A stretch of DNA of 64,000 bases. Source: Prorocentrum cordatum (lineage: Eukaryota). Made by a program: the position numbers and the translations under genes. Location of the stretch: positions 186,001-250,000 of the forward strand of contig CAUYUJ010000070.1 of NCBI GenBank assembly GCA_963575745.1. The letters run 5' to 3'. Under the pieces are notes generated by a model. That model saw only the letters and a program-made list of their open reading frames with translations, ran no database searches and was not told where the DNA came from. Shown piece after piece: positions 37,912 through 50,900 of this stretch (positions are counted from its first letter, which is position 1; every line of letters begins with the position of its first letter).

Positions 37912-40282
37912 CGAGAGCGAGACAGAGAAGGAGAGAGACAGATGGGCGAATTGCAAAAAACGAACGCGTAGTAATGCCTCCCTCAAGAACCCCGAAAGAT
38001 CTAAGGTCAAGGTGTGGTTTTGTGGAGTGTAACCTGCTGCGGCCTATGGGGAAGAGGTGGTGGGATGGTCGCCAGCCGAGATCCGTCGTCTGCGACCACA
38101 GGCAGGTTGCACCCTGGGACTCACGAGCTGTGGAGCAGATCTCGAGCTTGCTTTTTCTTTGGAGCCTGACAAGGACCCGCTGCGCCATGCAGGTGCTACG
38201 GTTACCAGATATGCCAAGCAGTTCTGGCTGACCACGTCGCTGGAGCATAGGCCAGGAGACTGCTCGACAGCAGGTGAGTTGGCCAGACTTATACCCATCG
38301 TTCAGAAGCACCTGGAGACGCACCCCAGAAGTTCCTGGGATTTCAGGGCTTGGGGACCTGTGGGAGATATACTCCAGTGGATGATGAAAGCCAAATGGGG
38401 CGTCGCAGGGGCATTTCACGATGCGCGAAGGGGGGGGGCTTCATCCTAACGGCCGCGCCTTACTGTCAAGTAGCCAAGTATTCCATGCGCGATCTTAGTA
38501 CGCAGCCTATCTCTGAACGAATGGTTCAGTATTTCGGCGGCGGCGTCAATGCAAGTGCTCTGGAGATCTTGGAGAGGGGCCCGTGGGTGGATCCACCGAG
38601 AAGCTTTTGGAGGTCCAGCTCTAGCAGGAGTGCGAAAATCAATCGCCGATGCATCAAACAAGTATCTCCACGCTCATATATTACTGCGATTACCCTATAC
38701 AGATGGGGATTTCAAGTACCACCACTCCTCCCATTCCGCCGCCGCGAACAGAATGGCCACATCGATTCTGTATGGCATCGTCTCTACCAGTGTGAAGGTC
38801 TGCAAGAACGCAGATCGGAGTTCCTTTCGGCAGAGCTGGTCAGACGCGGCCTCGAGGTTGACGAGGATGACCCGCTCTTCAGCTACCCCTGGCACCCATA
38901 TCCAGCAGACATCATGCCGCGCTCATGGGATGGGGAGGTTGAGTATGTGCACTCCATCGGGGACCCCTGTGGGGAAATCGTCTTCACGAGACACGTCTAC
39001 ATTTACACGGATGGCTCGTGCACGGGGCCCACTCTTCGCGTTGCCAGGTTGGGGCGGGCAGTTACTGCTGTCAATGAAGAGGCGGATTTCATCCAGGCGG
39101 CCTTTGGTAACGTGCTTGGCTTTCTGCCCCAGTGTGCGGTATTTGGTGAAGTATATGCACCCCTCCAAGCACTTAAACATGTGTCAAGTGATGTTAATGA
39201 TGAAGATTTTGCGTACACTATCCACGTGGATTGCAGGGGCCTCTTCAGCGGAGCTGAAAACAGCTTCACGGCGGCTTCAGGGTCGACTCCGCTGGCAGAG
39301 GTTTGGGGAGCCCTGTTTCAGAGGCGCTATCCAGCGTGGCATCTATAGAACGTGAAAAGCACACATCACAGATGACACAGTCACGGGCGCAAATTGTCGA
39401 CATGAGAGAGGCAATGACAAAGCGGACGAGTATGCACGTGATGGGGTTCATTCACATCTTGATGTTTTGGGCAACATATCCAGATATGAATCGGCTGCCG
39501 CCGAATGGAACCTGATTGCCAGGCCTGTTGCACGCCTCCTGGCTGACATTCCGCCAGCCAAGGAGTTGTTCGGAAAACTGTCTAGGGACCCCGCCCCTCC
39601 CAAGGTGAGGATGATTTCCAGGGGACGTGCGCACCGAGTGCTGTGGAACGGTTGCCGTTGGAGGTGCGCCCAGTGCGCCAGGTGCTTCAAAGACAAGAGG
39701 GCTCCAGGTAGTTGTGCTTTTCTTCCTCCCGTCTTAAAGAGTTTGGCTGACATCCCGTTAGACCGCCCCCACCAGTTGCATGTTTGTACGTTAGTCGAAA
39801 CTGGTAGACCGATTGTGTTTTGTCTGCGCCGCGGGGCTTATAATTTGGGGTTTTCATGTAAGTTGGGAGCCGCTTGCGACAAAATTTTCGTACAACGGCG
39901 TCGTCAAAATATCAATGGACGGCTCCCGTGGCCCAGAGGCCAACATTTTTCACGCCCCTGGCACCTCACCCCCTTGTGCCCCGAAGGGGGAGGTGGTGGT
40001 GGTGGGATCTTCTCGACCACAGAGGGTGATAATTGGTGGTGTCTAGACGTATGCTGTCACACTTTTTCTTCGGCGCTGGTTAAACCTCGGCTTGCACTTC
40101 GGGAAACCAGGCCTACCCAGACCGCTCGTATATCATTTCAGCAGCCCTTTCGTTCCTGGAATGGTGGGGTGAAGAGAGAACCACTGGAAAAGGAGGGGGA
40201 GGAGGAGGAGGAGGAGGAGGAGGAGGGGGAGGGGGAGGAGCAGGAGGAGCAGGAGGAGGAGGAGGAAGAGGAGGAGGAGGAG

Positions 40283-40317
<35 letters not shown>

Positions 40318-41873
40318 GGAGGAGGAGCAGTAACGAGACCTCTCGAAGAAAAAAATCGCCATCGACATCGACTTTTGTCGCTCCGCGCGGATTTCTCGGA
40401 TCCGCGCTGGGGCCCCCCCCCGGCGGCGCATCCGGCGCCTCCCCTGGCGCGCGCCGCGCGCCAGGGAGGGGGGGCCCCGCGCGGATCCAAGAAAACCCGC
40501 GCGGAGCTCCACAAGTTTGGCTTATGCCGCGGTTTCTTCCTGTAGTAGCGGTACTTCGGCGCCGAGCGAGGGGGGGATGTGAGAAGGAGAGGATCGTAAG
40601 TTTTCAGAAGGCGGTACTTCGGCGCCGAGCGAGGGGGGGATGTGAGAAGGAGAGGATCGTAAGTTTTCAGAAGGCGGTACTTCGGCGCCGAGCGAGGGGG
40701 GGATGTGAGAAGGAGAGGATCGTAAGTTCTCAGGAGGCTCGGAAGCCCCCCAGCCTGCTCGGAAGGCCCCCAGGCTTCTGAGCAGGTTTCTGAGCCCCCC
40801 CCCCCGGGGGCGCCAGAAAGTTCCCAGAAGGCGCGAGCGCTTCTGAGAAGTCGCGCCGCCTTCCGAGAAGGCCTTCTTTTCCCTTCCCCCCCTCGCTCGC
40901 CGCCGGATGCCGCCCCCCCCCTCCCTCATGTTCGCTTCTTTGGGGGTCCTGGGAGGCCCTCGACATCACGGCCGGATGCGCCTCGGAGTGCTGGTCCGGA
41001 CGCACCAGGGAAGATCCAGGGAGTCGTGGTATCGATACCTTTCGGTTTCTCCGTTAGGATGCAACTTCCCAGACGGCCAATTCAGCATCGGCGCTGGTTA
41101 GGGGGCCACACGCGAACCCTACCCCTACCCACCACGATTTCTGAGGGGGAGGGTGGGGTTCACTTCGTTCCGAACGAAGTGACCCCCACCCTCCCCCTCA
41201 GAAATCGTGGGGGTCGGGGGTAGGGTTCGCGTGTGGCCCTTTACTGGTAGATCCGCAGTCGGAGATCTGGCCAGCTTGTGACCATCCGTCTTCCATACGT
41301 TCGCGCGACCCCGGGTCAGCCAGGGCAGTGCCGCGAACCCCGACGGGGCGAACAGCAGCTCCCAAGCGCGGGCCCGCGGAGGGCGGGGTGGCGGGGTCGG
41401 CCGCACGTGCCTTCCCTGAGGGCACAGGGGGGAACTCGTCGGAACGTGCTCATGGATTGGCGTGTCCCCCTAGAGGGGGATTTTGGGCGAAAAATTACAA
41501 ACACCACCAAACATACCCAAAAATGCTCAAGCTGGCCTCCGCTCAAGCTGGGCTTTCCGTTTTAATGGCTCCTTCATCGGGCTTCGTCGCCTCGTGGGAC
41601 AAAAAAAAAACATCCGCGCCTCGTGGGACAACAAAAAAAAACATCCGCGCCTCGTGGCCTCGCGGGCCGGGGGCCCCCGAGCCGCGAACCCGCGCAGAGC
41701 GTGCCCGCAGCACGTCGTGGGGTCGCGCCTTCGCGGGATCCCGCCCCCGAGTCCAGACCGCGAGGGCGCGGATGCCGATCTGCTCGCCGCTCGTGATCGC
41801 CTTTTGTCGTTCTGACGAAGGTTTCCTAGAATCAGGAGGGGAGAATCGGCCCACACACACACACACACACACG

Positions 41874-41931
<58 letters not shown>

Positions 41932-44900
41932 CGCACACACACGCACACACACACACACACGCGCACACACACACACAACGAAACGCCCATGTCCATAGGA
42001 ATCCAGAATAAATCATTGGACATGGAGGGGAGAGGCAGATCCAGGAAATCATTGGACAACGCTGCGAATCCTAAAACATGGGTCGGCTCTGCAGCCCAGG
42101 GCTGGACCTCAACGGTGTGTTCGGTCATTTCGTGGGTCGTTTTCGGTTCGATGTCGTTTTGCGGTGAAGGCGGATCGAAGACAATCCGAGGGAAAACGAA
42201 CAACAAAACGAAACCGAAAAACACCGCTTAGGTTCAGCCCTGCTGCAGCCCATGGCCTCACAAGAGGTCAACGTGCCGCTCGCCGAGGGCACAGCCCGCC
42301 GCCTGGCGGAGCTCTTCGCGGCGGCCGCCTCCGAGCTCGGCAGGGAGGGCGCGCCGCCGCGCGACGCCCTCGCGGCCTTCCGCGCCCTGCTCGCCGCCGC
42401 GCAGCATACGGGCTCCACGCAGATGGGGGCCCTCGGGGGGGGGGGTAGGAAAGGAGGAGGAGGAGGAGGAGGTGGAGGAGGAGGAGGAGAAGGGGGAGGC
42501 GGAGGAGGAGGAGGAGGAGCTCCGGGGGAGAAGGATGAGGAGGAGGAGGCGGATGAGGAGGAGAAGCTCCAAGGGAGGAGCAGGAGGAGGAGCTCCAGGG
42601 GAGGAGCAGGAGGAGGAGGAGGAGGAGGAGGAAGAGGAGGATGAAGAGGAAGAGGAATCATAATAATAATAATTCATAATACGAATAATAGTAATAAGAC
42701 GAATATTAATATTTATAATGAGAGCAAAGGTAGTAATAATAGTAATACTGATACTGACAATACTAATAGTAATAAGAAGAAGAGTGAGAAAAATAAGCAT
42801 AATGATAATAATCAGATGATGAGGAGGAGGAGAATGAGGATGAGGAGGGGGAGGAACATGTGTTCTTAGCCATCACTCCCCTCTCATGCCCGGGTGTACG
42901 GCAAACAATGAGAGGGAAGACAGGGCCTTTTCTTTTTGGCCACTCCTCTTCCCGAGGTCCTCCTCATCGCGAGGAGGCAGGGTGGCTGAAAGGAGGGAAG
43001 CAAGGGTGGATGGAGCATGGCAGCATGGCCGGAGAGTCAGGGAGTTGGGCGGAGGCGACGCGGAGCTGGCAGGCGGATGCCCATACCTCTAGGGTTCCCA
43101 GATGGGGTCGGAGGTAAATCGGAGTCGGAGGATCGCGCCGCGCCGCATCGCCGATGCATCGGCACTGCGGCTCGGCGTGGGGCCTGGTCTTCTCCACGCC
43201 GACGGCGTCGATGCATTGCCGACGTCGCCGATGCATCGCTGGGGCGTCGGCGATGCGGCGCGGTCTTCCGACCCCATCTACTCGCACCCGATCCAGGAGG
43301 CCTCGAGTACCGCTGCTCGTCCTGGAAAGCCCTCGTCGCCACGGCCGGGATTCTCAGCGTGCCGGTCCGAGCGCGCCCCAGGAGAGGTCCAGGGCGGCTT
43401 GATGTCGGCGTCCTTTGGCCCCCCCCCCCCCCGCCTGGAGAGGTTCTCCGAAGGGCTTTGGCGACCCGCCCTCCTCCTCCCCCTCCCCCTCCTCCTCCTC
43501 TCCCTCCCCTCCTCCTCCTCCCCCCCTCCTCCTCCTCCTCCTTCTCCTCCTCCTATTCCTCCTCCTCCTCCTATTCCTCCTCCTCCTCCTCCTCCTCCTC
43601 CTCCTCCTTCTCCTCCTCCTCCTCCTCCTCCTCCTCCTCCTCTTCTCCTCGGGTCGCCTACGGCCCCGGGGGCAACCGTCCACCCTCCCCGCCCCAGGCC
43701 CACCTGTTTGCGGAGGTCTTCGGCGTGGCGTGGCAGAGGCCAGGCAGCGCCCAACAGGGGCCTTGCACCAGGGGGGTCGCCACCGCCTCGACTATGACCC
43801 GTCTCCTCGAGGAAGCATACACACAACACATAATCCCCGATCGAGAACTGGGCCCGGTCCAATACTGGACTCGGTATGGAAAAATGTGGATGAGAAGCGG
43901 TCCCAAGTTGTGCATGGCCTGCCTCTGGAACGCTTCGGCCTTGCAGGGAGCTTCGAATCAGCCACGTTTCCTGGGCTCCTCTTGGCAATCGTCTGCACCA
44001 GCTCATTCCGGCCAGGGCTCTGCAGCTTGAGCTGTAAATCGTGCTTCATCTTGCGCAGCTCGTCTCCTCGAGGAAACGGGGCCCCCAGAAATCCATTGGA
44101 TTCCTTTGGAAAGCCATGGGGCTTCGCATTTTTGTTAGACATCAATCGGATTCCCCAGGAAAGCCATGGCCTCCCACATGGGGTCGACGTAGATGGGGTC
44201 GGAGGTTCGCCGATGTATCGACGATGTGGCTCGATGTGGAGCCAGTGTTTCCCCACGCCGACGTCGCCGATACGTCGCCGACGTTGGCGATGCATCGCCG
44301 ATGCATCGCCGATGCATTGGCGATGCATTTGCGATGCGGCGCGATCCTCTGACCCCATCTCGGACCCATCTAGGAGGCCTCTACGACCAGCCATCTGCCC
44401 GAGCTTCGATCCTGGAACCCCGATTCCAAAAGATCCGATGTATGTTTTTTTTTTTTCTCAGGACGTGGCTCCCAGAAGTCCCGACAGTGCCGTTTTCTTA
44501 TACAGGCTCCGCGTGCGGAGCATGTATTAAAAATGCTGGGATTTTAGTATTAAAGACAACGATGAGTTCATGCATACATTTATTCATACATTAATCATGA
44601 ACGAACAATCCTATAGCAACAACAATCCTCTGTATTAAAAACTGCCGGGGCCCTTTCTCCCCGGGGCCCGTTTTGCATCCCGTGCCGTGTTTGGACGGTC
44701 TTGGGGCTGGGCGGGGGCTCTCGGAGGCCGAGCGCGACGAAAAGCCCACGTCTCAGACTTGTTCAGTGCGCTTGAGGTCGGGGCCCTCAGGAGGAACTGG
44801 TGGTGACTCCCTTGGTGGTACTCCTCCCTCCTCCCTCCTCCCTCCTTCCTCCTCCCCCCTCCTCTCCCTAGAGGCCCCGACGCCGACCTTTGGGCGCTTC

Positions 44901-47900
44901 TTGGGCAGCTCCTAGCTAGGCGAGGCCCTGCCCACGATGTCACGGTTGTTTTTGTGCACTCCCATCAGAGACCCGAGAATATAGTCCGCAACCCTCGGAT
45001 GCGATGGGCCGTTACGGCTAACACCATAGTTGATGAAGTTGCTGGTTGGACAGAGCATGAGACGAGATTGCCAGAATATTGCCGTCACTCTGTTTTGATG
45101 CATGACAGGCGAGCGTATCTTGTACGCGTGCGTATTTTGACAGCTTCGCTCGATGCCTTTACCGCCGAAGCCAGCTAGAAGGTTGAAGCTGGGAAATCTA
45201 AGGGAAAAAGGCGCACATGCCCCCCCCCTGTCCCCGCTGCTGCTGCCTCCCTCGCCCTCTTCTCCTCCAGCCATGCCCTCGACGACAGTGGTCGAGGATG
45301 CCTCCGATGCGGAGGATCGGCTTCTCACAGCACTTTAACAGAGTGGCGGACCTCGCCATGCTTTGCGATGCTCAAGCACGACGGTTGCATTTTTAAGAAA
45401 CCTCCACAGGCCAAGCTGCACATAGCAGGCGGATGGTTGCACGAGTTTCATGTGACGCAGTTGCATGACGGTCTAAAGCTGTGGTATTGTTTCAGTTGCG
45501 GGTGCTATGCCAGTCAACAATTGCGGAATCTCGGCAAATTGTGTTTGGCCAAGGTATTTCCCCACAGACAGGAGTACCTTAATAGGGTTTCTAAGGGCCA
45601 ATGGCCCAAAGCTCGCAGCGCTGCAGAGAAGAGGGCGGAAGCGTCCAAGTGTCATTCACACGCCCAAGGAGGCTAGAGGCCCTGCAGTCAAGACCTGACA
45701 TTGTCACGCAGTCATGCTCATGCTCATGCTCCTCCTCCTCCTCCTCCTCCTCCCTTCTCCTCCTCCTCCTCCTCCTCCTCCTCCTCCTCCTCCTCCTCCT
45801 CCTCCTCCTCCTCCTCCTCCTCCTCCTCCTCCCCCGAGAGGCAGCGGGACCTCGGGCACCTCGCCTCGATCCTGCAGGCCGCCGCTGATGCCGAAGTCGG
45901 AGGGCCCGCCGATGCTGCGGGCGAGGCCGCTGCCGACGGCCGCGGCGCCGGAGATCAGAGGGGGAAAGGGCGTCGATCGCTACCCCTCCTCCTCCTCCTC
46001 CTCCTCATCCTCCTCCTCCTCCTCCTCCTCCTCCTGCTCCTCCTGCTCCTCCTCCTCCTCCTCCTCATCCTCCTCCTCCTCCTCCTCCTCCTCCTCCCGG
46101 CGCTGCTTTTTCGACTCCCGGGGCCCCCTGGGAGGCCCTCGTCACCGCCGTTGGATTTCGCATCGGCGGTCAGGTCAGAACGCGCCCCGTGGAGGGCTCG
46201 AAGGATTGCAAAAAACACACCAAGGATTGCAGCGAAGGATGGCAAAAAAATACCCAAGGATTGCAAAAAAAAACCAAACGAAGGGTTGCAAAAAAACCTT
46301 CGAGGGAAGCGGCATCTTCTGGTTTCCTCAGGAGGCCCGGTGCCCGGCGCAGTGGAGCCGGAGGTCGAGGAGCAGTTCATTCAGGAGGCCTTCCTGGAGA
46401 GGGGGGAGTGAGGAGAGGAGGATTCGCGGAGTGAAGGCAGAGGAGAGGAAGGAGGAGGAGGAGGAGGAGGAGGAGGAGGAGGAGGAGGAGGAGGGAGGAG
46501 GAGGACGAGGAGGAGGAGGAGGCGGAGGAGGACGAGGAGGACGAGAAGGACAAGGAGGACGAGGAGGACAAAGAGGACGAGGAGGACAAGGACGAGGAGG
46601 ACGAGGAGGGCGAGGAGGACGAGGAGGAGGAGGATCAGCTTGAACCCAAGAGTCATCAACGATGTTGGCATCAAGCCTCCCTCCAAGCTTCCTCTTCACA
46701 TGCCCCTACAAGAGTTTGTTTCCACTGAGGGAACTGCCTCGTTGGAAACCGTTTGAAGACACTGACTGAGGCATGCCAAAACATTATTCTCGGGACTCCA
46801 ATGCCACGGACCCATTGTTGCGTATTGACTATCCTGAATCGTGCCAGAACTCCATTCTTGGGACTTCAACACCGCGAATCCACATGACTGCGGCGACCTC
46901 AAAATCTGGAATATTTTCAGAACGTCATTTCTGCGACGCTGACTATGGGAATCCGTGGAACCCTTGCAAGTTTGAAATGGGAATGTGCGCAGCGTTAATG
47001 CGAGAGCCACATTTGGAAAACGAACCGCCCTCAATCCGTGAAACCCTTGCAATGTTTTCAAAAGAATGTGCGCAGGTTTAAGGCGAGAGCCACAGATGAA
47101 AACGACCCATTCCCCAATCAGAGCTTGCTTCTGTAGGGGTCCTAGCGGATATAAAGCTGAGGTGAGGTGAGCGGCCGATTTCGGTGGTCGGGGCCGGGTG
47201 CCCGGGTGCCCGGGGGTGCCCGGTTGGCCGATTTCGGTGGCCGGGCCCGGGTGCCCGGGTGCCCGGATGCCCGGGGGTGCCCGGGTGCCCGGGGGTGCTC
47301 GGGTGCCCGGGGGTGCCCAATAGCCCAGTAGCCCTATAGCCCTATAGCCCTATAGCCGTATAGCCCTATAGCCCTGTAGCCCTATAGCCTTATATCCCTA
47401 TAGCCCTAATAGCCTTATATCCCTATAGCCCCATAGCCCATATAGCTCTATAGCCCCATAGCCCTATAGCCCTATGGCCCTATAGGTCACAGTCCTACAG
47501 TCCTATAGCCCGATAGCCCTATAGCCCGATAGCCGTATAGCCCTATAGCCCAATAGCCCAATAGCCCTATGGCCCTATAGCCCTAACAAACATCTGATTG
47601 GGTTTTTTCTCCGGTATCATTATTATCGGGACTCAAATGCCACGGACCCATTGTTGCGTATTGACTATCCTGAATCGTGCCATAACTCCATTCTTGGGAC
47701 TTCAACACCGCGAATCCACATGATTGCTGCGACCTCATAAGCTTGAATATTTTCAGAACGTCATTTCTGCGACGCTGACCATGGGAATCCGTGGAACCCT
47801 TGCAAGTTTGAAATAGGAATGTGCGCAGCGTTAACGCGAGAGCCACATTTGGAAAACGAACCGCCCTCAATCCGTGAAACCCTTGCAATGTTTTCAAAAG

Positions 47901-50900
47901 AATGTGCGCAGGGTTAAGGCGAGAGCCACAGATGAAAACAACCCACCCTCAACCCGTGAAGCTCTTGCAAATGTTTGAATACGAATGTGCGCCGCGGCTA
48001 ATGCGAGAGCCACATTTTGAAAACGACCCGCCCCCAATCCGTGGAACTCTTGCACATCTTTAAAGCGAATGTGCGCTGCGCTAAGGCGAGAGCCGCATTT
48101 TGAAAACGACCCGCCCTCAATCCATGAAGCTCCTTGCAAATGTTTAAAATGAATGCGCGCGGCGCTGAGGCGGGAGTCACATTTTGAAAACGACCCGCCT
48201 TCCATCTGTGAAACTGTCGCCAATGTGTAAGGTTCCCGGTCACAAATGGTGAGGAAGTCTCAGGCGAAACGCCCAGTCCGCCTATTCGACCGGCCTCGGG
48301 GTGCGACAGTAAACAGTTTGTTTTAAGGACGAGGAATGGGGAGGGAGGGAGGAGGATGAGGAGGAGGATGAGGAGGAGGAGCAGGAGGAAGAGGAGGAGT
48401 AGGAGGAGGAGGAGGGGAAGGGAGACTGGGAGGGGGGAGAGGAAAGAGAAGGGAGAGGGGAAGAGAAGAGTGGAGGGGAGCCCTCGGGGAAGGGGGGGAG
48501 GAGGATGAGCAGGTGAAGGAGGTTGCAGGGTGGAGGAGGGTGGAGGAGGAGGAGGTGGAGGAGGAGAAAGAGGTGGAGTAGGAGAGGACAGGGGAAGGGA
48601 GAGATGCAAGGGAAGGGGAGGGGAAGAGGAGAGGGGAGGGGAGGGGAGGGGGAGGAGGAGGAGGAGGAGGAGGAGGAGGAGGAGGAGGAGGAGGAGGAGG
48701 AGAAGGAGGAGGAGGAGGAGGGTGAGAAGAGGAGGAGGAGGAGGAGGAGGAGGAAGATGGGGACGAGCAGGATGAGGAGGAGGAGGAGGATGATTCCCAG
48801 TGCAAATCCAATCCGCATCAACAATGCTTCACTGGAAGATATTTGTTTCTGAGAGTTCCCCGATCGTGTTAAATCACCATTCTTGGGACATCTGCGCCGC
48901 GTGTCAACGCGACTGCTGCGCCCTGATAGTCCTACATCGTGCCCAGGCACCACACCTAAATCTTTAACGCAACGAATCAACGCGACCGTTGCGTCCTGAC
49001 AATCTTAAACCTTTCGATGACATTGTTCTTGGGGCTTCAACCATATGAGTCCTTGAGGCAGCGGCAACAATTTCAAAGACCATTGTGCGAGGCTCTCAAG
49101 AGAGAGCCCGATGTTGAAAAGTAACCGTCCTTCAAACGTGAAGGTGTTGCAAACTGTTCAGACACATGTGCCAGGCGCTGAAGCGAGAGCCGCATTCTGA
49201 AACCGGCCCGCCCTGCATCCGTGAAACCCGCCCGCCTTGCATCTGTGAAACCGTTTCAAATTCTTGACGCTTCACGTATCCCCACCAGGCCCGGCAGACT
49301 CCCTGGATTTGCACGCCCTGGCTTCTCAGACGCCCTGGGTTGCCGCTGCCCGCCGCCTGACCGCGGCCCCGCGCGCGCCCGCCCCTTCGTCGCGGCCGCA
49401 GCCCGACCGTGACCGCATGCCGCTGGCGCTTCCGCCTGCGGCCGTTTTAAAAAAAAAATATCCCCACCAGGTCCGGTCGGGGCTCGCCTCCACCGCTGCC
49501 CCTCGACACCCCGCGGTGTCTGGCGATCCGGATTTTCCGTTGAGCGCCCGCATGTGCAGCCCTTCCGTGTCGGGGGTCGCCGTCCTACGCTGCGCTGCCC
49601 CCTGGCTTCGTTCACGGCGTGCTGTTCATCCTGCCGGCGGTGTTCTTCCTCTGGGACGTGGGCTTCTTGAGTTACCACCTGGTGTTGCACGTCGCCCATA
49701 AGTTTGTCCTAGCTCGCCTCCTGTTTGTCTCGTTCCTGCTCGTTCTTCTTATTTTCTTTTCGCTTCCTCTTCCTAGGCGCTAGTTTAGGCTGTTTCTGAT
49801 GTGTAATTTCCTGGACGCCGCCCGACTTTTCTTCGCCGCGGTCGCGATCACAAAAATCCCCACCAGCATGCGTCCTCTTCGCTGGCACTGTGGTTTTCGT
49901 CTCATCGGTCAACTCTTCACTACGTGTTTGCTGTCATGCTCTTCGGGCACGCTGCGTTCGCCACGCTCTTGCACAAGGCTTTCGTGTTCGGCGCGCTCTT
50001 CTGCCGTTTACCGCCGGGTCGGTTTCGCGTCCCTGAGCGTGCCGTCGCTCACTGATTTTTCTTCGCTGCCCGCGCGGCCCGCCGTAGCGGGCTCGGCGTT
50101 CGACTCGTTTCGCGCGCCCGCGGACCAGCAAATATCCCCGCCAGCCCATCCACAACCACATCACCAGACGAGTTGTCTTGATCAGGGAAATGTAGACGCA
50201 GTGCAACAGCCGCCTTGCAAGTGTTTTCTCGTAGATCTCTTGGAGCCATGTGGGGTCTCTGTTGTGGTCCTCGCGGAGCCGCTTGGGGCACTCTTGGGGC
50301 AGTCCTGGGGCTCTGAGAGAGGGTATGTGGGGCTCTCTTGAGGCTCTTTCGGGCGGTACGGGACGCCTCTTCGGGCAATTTTGGGTTCACTGTTTAAAAC
50401 ATGGGGGGTGCTCAACTCAACCCCCCCCATCGAAGGCTCACAAATGGCGTTTTGGGGCTGTCTTCGGGCGCCCTAGGGGCAGAACCGAGGTTCCCCAGAG
50501 AGGACCGCTTCGCCGAAGACGGGTTTGCCAGAGGACTGGGTCGCCAGAGGACCCAAAGCCTGGTTCGCCAGAGACGAGTTCGCCGGATCAGACCCAGTTC
50601 GCCAGGCCTGGTTCGCCAGACCCGGCTCGCCAGGCCCAGTTCGGCAGGCCCGGCTCGCCAGGCTCACGTCGCCAGGCCCGGTTCGCCAGGGCCGATTCGC
50701 CAGGCCCGGTTCCGCAGGTCCGGTTCGCTAGGCCCGGTTCGCCAGGCCCGGTTCCCCAGGCAAGGTTCCCTAGTTCGGGTTCCGGGGCGTTTGGTAGTGA
50801 TGAGGAAGAGGAGGGGGAGGAGGAGGAGTAGGAACAGGAGGAGGAGCAGGTGGAGGAGGAGGAGGAAGAAGAAGAGGTGGAAAAGGATGAGGAGGAGGAG

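Larger units (their letters stand above)
33937..40190 (+). mobile_element. Full-length degraded LINE (ORF1 + APE-RT-RNase H) inside a (GAG)n tract in a host intron
   Basis: ORF1 MGRRGEGKGKG...WTCAVCAATTNLRRAWCWQCG. APE: ILTVNGN, VFVQEH, AGGDFN, FDYFL. RT: KPVVGRRPIG, GDLKQRHEHV, GIAAGSSTAT, AHVDD, VNLGVD. WHRLYQC. RNase H: IYTDGSC, IHVDC. Terminal WRCAQC and VFCLRRGAY. Confidence 0.92.

Noticed and set aside
40548..40736. CRISPR-like regular repeats (63-bp array; also the 83-bp array near 47-48 kb)
   Set aside because: Units are fully repeated with no unique spacers, no cas genes, eukaryotic context.
47320..47585. (CCCTATAG)n as interstitial telomere
   Set aside because: The 8-bp unit differs from the TTTAGGG-type telomere repeat; treated as a minisatellite.
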